A stretch of DNA of 64,000 bases from Abditibacterium sp. (GTDB lineage: Bacteria; Armatimonadota; Abditibacteriia; Abditibacteriales; Abditibacteriaceae), in assembly GCA_965246885.1 (NCBI GenBank), contig OZ251992.1, positions 2,560,001-2,624,000 on the forward strand, written 5' to 3'. This document shows, one piece after another, positions 59,139-64,000 of the stretch. Positions within the stretch are counted from its first letter, which is position 1. Each line of letters starts with the position of its first letter. The notes below the pieces were generated by a model. It did not search any database and had not been told where the DNA came from. It worked only from the letters and a program-made list of their open reading frames with translations. Position numbers and translations under genes: made by a program.

Positions 59139-61088
59139 CTACCCCACCAGAAAACGGTTCCAATCGGCGTCGAGCGCGTCGAGTGGTTGCCCCGTCGCCG
59201 CTCCAATCGCGGCATCTGGTGCTTGCCCCGACGCCAAGCGCGCCACCAATTCGCTCGCCGTGCCCGCCCCGAATTGGCTATACAGCCACGCCACCAGCGC
59301 CGTCGAACGTGCTCGGCCAAGGGGCGAGTTGCCCGTGCGCGCCTCGTTCTCAAAAAGCGACAGCGCACCCGCCTGAGCCGCGTTACGCAAAGCCGCTCGC
59401 GCGTCGGGTGAGTTTCCGCCCAGCGCCACACCCACAAAACCCTCCTCCACCCAAGCCGGAAGAGGGCTGGTATCATCGCTCCACGTCGCCAGCAAAACGC
59501 GGCTCCACAAGGCGCGGAGCGTGGCGTCGTCCGATGCCCCTGATGCAAGCAAAATGGTGTCGCCGATGTGTGCGCCGCCTGCCACGCCTCCTCCGCCCGT
59601 CCCGCCCAAGGCACGGCGTAGCGCAAAGAAGCTCTCCGGCGTCGGCAACAGCATCACCTCCACATGGGGCGCGCGCCAACCGAACGCCGTGTCGCTCAAG
59701 AGCGCCGTCACGCTCGTTTCCAGCGCCGCCTCGTTGGGGTCGCCCTCGAAAAAGCGGATGCTCGCCGTCGCGTCTCCCACCGCGAGGGTGCGCACAAGCG
59801 GTGGCGATAGCGACGAAATCGCCGCCAAGCGCGCCAGTTTTTGGCTCCACGCCCGCCGCAACGAACCGGGCACTCCGGGTTCTGCCGGAGCACGCGTAAC
59901 AATGCTTGCGGCGATGGTGCGCGCGGCAAGGTCGAACAGATTCGCGCGCTCTGGCGCCGCAAGCGAAGCATCAGCCGCCAACTGCGCGTTCAGACACCCA
60001 TTGGAGAACGCGACTTGAGATGCTTGCGATGGGTCGGCGCTCGCCGCTTCGAGGGCGCGGGCACACGTCGCGGGGTCGGCGTTTTGCAAGGCCAAGCGCG
60101 CTTGAAACAGCGCGATACGCGCCGGGGCCGAAGCGTCGCCCGCCCGAATCGTCGCCAACAGCGCCGCCGCTTCCTCGCGGGACACCGGCAGCGTCGGCTC
60201 GGACACTGGCGGCGCGGTGACAGGCGCCGTCGGCACGCCAAATGCCGGAAGCGCCGCCGTGCCGTTGGTCGCATTGGCCGCCAGAAGGCGCGCTTCGAGC
60301 GCGGCGGCGAGCGTCGCTTGCGTACCCTCTTGCAACGACCGTGTCGGGATACCCACCCAACGTTGCCCCGTCGCCCCCGGAACGAAGCCCGCGAGCGCCC
60401 GCGCGAACGCGGCGCCATCGGCGCGGCGCAGGTCTATCTGGTCGGGACAAAATATCGCCCACCCCGCGCCCAACGACGTAATCGCCGCCGCGAACTGCGG
60501 CGTCTGCCCGTCGCCCGTCACGTCCTCGACCAGCAGAAGCGGCGTCGCCACATCGGACGCCTCGACAAGCGCATCGCCCTCGCGGAGCGAACCGAAGACG
60601 AGCGACACTCCCGGTAAGCGCGCCACGCCTTGGGCGGGCAATGCCATCTCAAACGCTTCCGCAAGCGGCGACGCCGTTACTTCGGCCCCTGTCTCGCCGC
60701 GCAAAAGCGGGTGCGCGCCCAACGGCAGCGCCGCGCGAGTGCGCACCCACTCCTGCCCGTCCTGCGCGGGCGTCGTCGCGCGCAACGGGGCGGTGGCAAA
60801 GCCGAAACTTCGCGCCGCGTCGGTGTGCAAAAACACCACGTTGCCGCGCGCGACCCAACTCTTGATGTCCGCGTCGGCTCCCGGATTCGCGCGCAAGCCC
60901 GCCAAACTCGCCCGCAGCGAAATCGCGCCCGCGCTGGGAAGGGCAAGCGTAGGTAGACCCGCGTCGTCCACTTCGGGCACGATGGGCGCAGCCCGCGCTA
61001 CGCCCTGCGCGCGGGCTGGAGCGTAGGGCGCGAGCGCGCCAAGTGCCACGCAAAGCAGCAGCAATACCGAGCAAAAGCGGGAGTTCAT
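59139..61088 (-). CDS. Exported protein with degenerate peptidase-MA-like C-terminus
   Basis: Signal peptide from MNSRF; C-terminal LPAWVEEGFV...STALVAWLYSQFG...LDALDADW, but no HEXXH. Confidence 0.6.
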   Translation of the reverse strand: MNSRFCSVLLLLCVALGALAPYAPARAQGVARAAPIVPEVDDAGLPTLALPSAGAISLRASLAGLRANPGADADIKSWVARGNVVFLHTDAARSFGFATAPLRATTPAQDGQEWVRTRAALPLGAHPLLRGETGAEVTASPLAEAFEMALPAQGVARLPGVSLVFGSLREGDALVEASDVATPLLLVEDVTGDGQTPQFAAAITSLGAGWAIFCPDQIDLRRADGAAFARALAGFVPGATGQRWVGIPTRSLQEGTQATLAAALEARLLAANATNGTAALPAFGVPTAPVTAPPVSEPTLPVSREEAAALLATIRAGDASAPARIALFQARLALQNADPATCARALEAASADPSQASQVAFSNGCLNAQLAADASLAAPERANLFDLAARTIAASIVTRAPAEPGVPGSLRRAWSQKLARLAAISSLSPPLVRTLAVGDATASIRFFEGDPNEAALETSVTALLSDTAFGWRAPHVEVMLLPTPESFFALRRALGGTGGGGVAGGAHIGDTILLASGASDDATLRALWSRVLLATWSDDTSPLPAWVEEGFVGVALGGNSPDARAALRNAAQAGALSLFENEARTGNSPLGRARSTALVAWLYSQFGAGTASELVARLASGQAPDAAIGAATGQPLDALDADWNRFLVG

Positions 61089-61132
61089 ACGCTCAGTTTC
61101 CCCATTGGCGGCGCGCAAGGCACGGCGCCGCC

Positions 61133-62122
61133 TCATCGCGCGGACTTGTTGGCACGGAGCAACGCCCGCACTTGTCCCGGTTGGTCGGTGAAAAGCGCCT
61201 CGACGCCCGCGCGCTCGAAAGCGCGCACCCAAACCGCCGTGAGCGGGGGCGCAAAGGGGAAGCGGTCGGTTTGAAAGGTGTAGGGATGCACTTGTAAGTG
61301 CGCGGCGTGCGCTTGCGCCACCAAGGGCGACAGGCCGCCCAAGCCCGAAACGACATAGTTCAGGCGCGGGCCGATGGCGTCGGCGTAACGTTTGACCGCG
61401 CGCAGTCCGGCAGGGGTGCGCATGGCGTCGAAGTCGAAGTGTTGGCCTTGGGGGTCGAAGGTATCGCTCGAAAGCCCGATGAGTTGAGTTTGGCGATAGG
61501 GCGCATGGAGTTCAAAGCGCAGCCGCTTGAGTTCGGCGGGGTCGAAGCACTCCAACCAAACGCGCGAGGCGGGCAAGCGGGAGCGGTGCAGTTCGGCCAG
61601 CAGGAGTTTCGTGGTGTCCACGCCACTTTCGCGGTGCCAGCGTGGGGCTTTGGGTTCGAGGTAAAAGCCGCCTCCCCCACTTCGGAGCGCCAAGAGTTCC
61701 GCAAGCGTCGTGATGCGCGCGCCGGTAACGTCCACCTTGCGCGCGGGAAAGGCGCGGGCGCCACCCAGCTCCGGCTCGACGCGCGCGCGCGGGGTGAGGG
61801 TTTGGAGTTCGGCGAGCGTGAAGTCGAGGGCGTAGAAGTGCCCGTCGCGCCGATGGCGAGCGGGAAAGCGCGCGGCGATGTCGGTCGTCGGCTCCAAGAA
61901 CAAGTCGTGCGAGAGGATGAGGCGCCGGTCTTTGGTAGCGATGACGTCCGCTTCGAGCCAGTCCGCGCCCTCGGCCTGCGCGCGCGCTTCCGCCGCGAGG
62001 GTGTTTTCGGGCCGCTCCGACTGCGCGCCCCGGTGGGCGATGATTTCCAAGGCGACGGTGGGTCGGAGACACGCAGCAACACACCAAAGAACGAGCGCCG
62101 AGACACCGCCAACGCCACGCAT
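61133..62122 (-). CDS. glpQ: Glycerophosphodiester phosphodiesterase
   Basis: IIAHRGA..PENTL, LEADV..TKD..LILSHD, YLEPK, VHPYTF, LFTDQP. Confidence 0.9.
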   Translation of the reverse strand: MRGVGGVSALVLWCVAACLRPTVALEIIAHRGAQSERPENTLAAEARAQAEGADWLEADVIATKDRRLILSHDLFLEPTTDIAARFPARHRRDGHFYALDFTLAELQTLTPRARVEPELGGARAFPARKVDVTGARITTLAELLALRSGGGGFYLEPKAPRWHRESGVDTTKLLLAELHRSRLPASRVWLECFDPAELKRLRFELHAPYRQTQLIGLSSDTFDPQGQHFDFDAMRTPAGLRAVKRYADAIGPRLNYVVSGLGGLSPLVAQAHAAHLQVHPYTFQTDRFPFAPPLTAVWVRAFERAGVEALFTDQPGQVRALLRANKSAR

Positions 62123-62130
62123 GCGCCCGC

Positions 62131-62910
62131 TCACCACACCTTCCAAGGCGCGTCGCCGCGCTTCCACGCTTCGTTGAGCAGAAGGTATTCGCGATAGGTA
62201 TCAATGGCCAGAAACATCCCGTCGTGGCGGTAGGCCATCAGTTCGCCCGACGCGGCGAGCGATTCGAGCGGCTCGCGCTCCCACGTCGTCGTGTCGCCTT
62301 CGATCAGTTCCAAGACGCGCGGCTCCAGCACGAAGAAGCCCGCCGACACCCAAGAGTCCTGCATCGGCTTCTCGACGAAGCGCGTCACCTCCCCCGATTC
62401 CTCAGACGAAACCGTGCCAAAGCGCGACGGCGCGCGCACGATGGTGAGCGTCGCCGCCTTGCCGTGCGCGCGGTGGAAGTCGAGGGTGGCTTGGATGTTC
62501 ACGTCCGACAGCCCGTCGCCGTAGGTCAGGAAGAACGGCTCATCGGCGTTCAGATAGCGCCCGACGCGCCTAAGGCGCCCGCCGGTCATGGTGTCGAGGC
62601 CAGTGTCGGCGCAGGTAACGGCGAAGTTGTCTTCTGGCGCCGCGCCGTCGTGGATACGCAACGAGGCGTGGTCGCCCAAACGGAGCGAGAAGTCGTGGGT
62701 TTGCGCGCGGAAGTTGAGGAAGTAATCCTTGATCATGGCGCCCTTGTAGCCCAAGCAAAGCACGAAGTCATCGAAGCCGAAGTGGGCGTAATGCTTCATG
62801 ATGTGCCACAGAATAGGGCGGTCGCCCACTTCGACGAGCGGCTTGGGGCGGTATTCGGTCTCTTCGCGGAGCCGCGTGCCCTGCCCGCCGCACAAAATCA
62901 CCGTCTTCAT
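62131..62910 (-). CDS. rfbF: Glucose-1-phosphate cytidylyltransferase
   Basis: VILCGGQGTRLREETEYRPKP, ILWHIMK, DTGLDTMTGGRL, LTYGDG, APWKVW. Confidence 0.93.
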   Translation of the reverse strand: MKTVILCGGQGTRLREETEYRPKPLVEVGDRPILWHIMKHYAHFGFDDFVLCLGYKGAMIKDYFLNFRAQTHDFSLRLGDHASLRIHDGAAPEDNFAVTCADTGLDTMTGGRLRRVGRYLNADEPFFLTYGDGLSDVNIQATLDFHRAHGKAATLTIVRAPSRFGTVSSEESGEVTRFVEKPMQDSWVSAGFFVLEPRVLELIEGDTTTWEREPLESLAASGELMAYRHDGMFLAIDTYREYLLLNEAWKRGDAPWKVW

Positions 62911-62913
62911 CGC

Positions 62914-63666
62914 TTAAAACTCCACCTTGAGGCCGTCAGTGGCGCCGACAACGCCGGGAATCTGCCCATAAACGTCGTCCTCTTCGAGCGGGTCTGTCGA
63001 AGTGAGCGGGTTGAAGTGCGTGGCGACGACGCACTTCGCGCCCGATACGCGCGCGGCGGCGACAAGGTGCGCCGAGGTGCAGTGCCCGGATGTGATGGCG
63101 AGGTCGGCGAAGCGGTCGGGGAAGTTGCGCTCGTGAACCAGCACGTCGGGCGCGCCTGAAATCAGTTCGTGGCACAACCCATCGCCAGAAGTGTCGGTGA
63201 CGTAGCACAGCGTTTTGCCATCGGGCCACCCAAAGCGGTAGGCGAGCGAGCCGCCGGGGTGCGTGAGGGTGCAAGTGTTCACCTCGACGCCCGCGACGTG
63301 GAACGGCTGGGCGGCCTGTACTTCGACCGTGTCGCGGCCCAACTGAAGCGGGAAAAGCGGCGATCCAAACAGCGTGCCGCGCACCGCGTCCAACGTGTGA
63401 GCGTCGCCATATAATGTGACGTGGGTATCGGGATGCGCAAAGCACACGTCAGTCAGGAACGTAAGTCCGAGCACGTGGTCAAGGTGCGGGTGCGAAAGGA
63501 AGACGTGCAAGTGGGCGGGCAGGTCGCGCGTGGTCAGCCGGAAGAAACCGCTTCCTGCATCGAGAACAAAAGCGTGCCCCGGCGCGGCGTCGGGCAACAA
63601 GACGCAGGAGGTGTGGCGCGCTTCGTTGGGGTGATACCCCGCCGTTCCTAAGAATTCGAGATGCAT
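62914..63666 (-). CDS. Metallo-beta-lactamase-fold hydrolase (RNase Z/BN-like)
   Basis: FLGTAG, LDAGSG, SHPHLDH, THPGG, YVTDT, GHCT, THFNP. Confidence 0.85.
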   Translation of the reverse strand: MHLEFLGTAGYHPNEARHTSCVLLPDAAPGHAFVLDAGSGFFRLTTRDLPAHLHVFLSHPHLDHVLGLTFLTDVCFAHPDTHVTLYGDAHTLDAVRGTLFGSPLFPLQLGRDTVEVQAAQPFHVAGVEVNTCTLTHPGGSLAYRFGWPDGKTLCYVTDTSGDGLCHELISGAPDVLVHERNFPDRFADLAITSGHCTSAHLVAAARVSGAKCVVATHFNPLTSTDPLEEDDVYGQIPGVVGATDGLKVEF

Positions 63667-63695
63667 GAAGGAAAACGTAGTGTGACAAGTCTTGC

Positions 63696-64000
63696 TTACG
63701 CTTCGAGGGCTTCGTCCAACTCCGCATCGTCCGTGCCCAAATAGGCCGCCACCACGTGCGGGTTGTTCTGCACGTTCGCGGGGGCGTCGTCCGCTATCTT
63801 TACGCCGCCGTCGAGCACAATGACCCGCTCGCATATCTCCATTACCAAGCTCATGTGATGCTCTATCAGTAGCACCGCGATGCCCAACTGCTCGCGCACC
63901 AGCCGGATGGTGCGCGAGATGTCAGCCGTCTCGGACGGGTTCATGCCCGACGTCGGCTCATCGAGCAGCAGCACTTTGGGCCGGGTCGCGCACGCGCGGG
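63696..64000 (-). CDS. Branched-chain amino acid ABC transporter ATP-binding protein (LivG-like), 5' end outside window
   Basis: LLLDEPTSGMNPSET, LLIEHHMSLVM.ICERV, V..NPHVVAAYLG. Confidence 0.88.
   Translation of the reverse strand, partial: RACATRPKVLLLDEPTSGMNPSETADISRTIRLVREQLGIAVLLIEHHMSLVMEICERVIVLDGGVKIADDAPANVQNNPHVVAAYLGTDDAELDEALEA

Overview
GC-rich bacterial chromosomal window from a diderm organism (TolC, a beta-barrel-like protein and lipoproteins are present). Gene content is compatible with Armatimonadota/Abditibacteriota, but that is inference only. Most of the window is housekeeping or transport genes: comM-yraN, an acyl-CoA ligase, glnA, a MacAB-TolC-type exporter, accB, dnaK-dnaJ-hspR with HAIR-like operators, a Cld/ChdC-family protein, an ECF sigma/anti-sigma/RseB-like trio, a sulfite/nitrite reductase, PBP1A, galT, metH, glpQ and rfbF. 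The most unusual part is a tightly packed minus-strand operon at <1-8804. It encodes a zinc-ribbon/Ig-fused lid-less Hsp70, a coiled-coil protein with a GrpE-like domain, a zinc-ribbon/beta-rich protein, a membrane-anchored degenerate vWA-like protein, a small membrane protein and a divergent tubulin/FtsZ-like (Tubulin_2-type) protein. The tubulin-like gene is missing from the ORF track because it runs off the left edge. Also notable are a three-gene island (15909-19137) with a PqqD/RRE - internal Tat signal - Gly-repeat - autoproteolytic-chaperone-like fusion beside a HEXXH/Gly-zipper protein, a RAYT with four flanking REPs, a second family of long palindromic elements, five 21-nt-period tandem arrays, a heme-oxygenase-like diiron enzyme/methyltransferase pair and a frameshifted ORF. 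No rRNA, tRNA or CRISPR array was seen. All family calls come from motifs recognised by eye, not from database searches.
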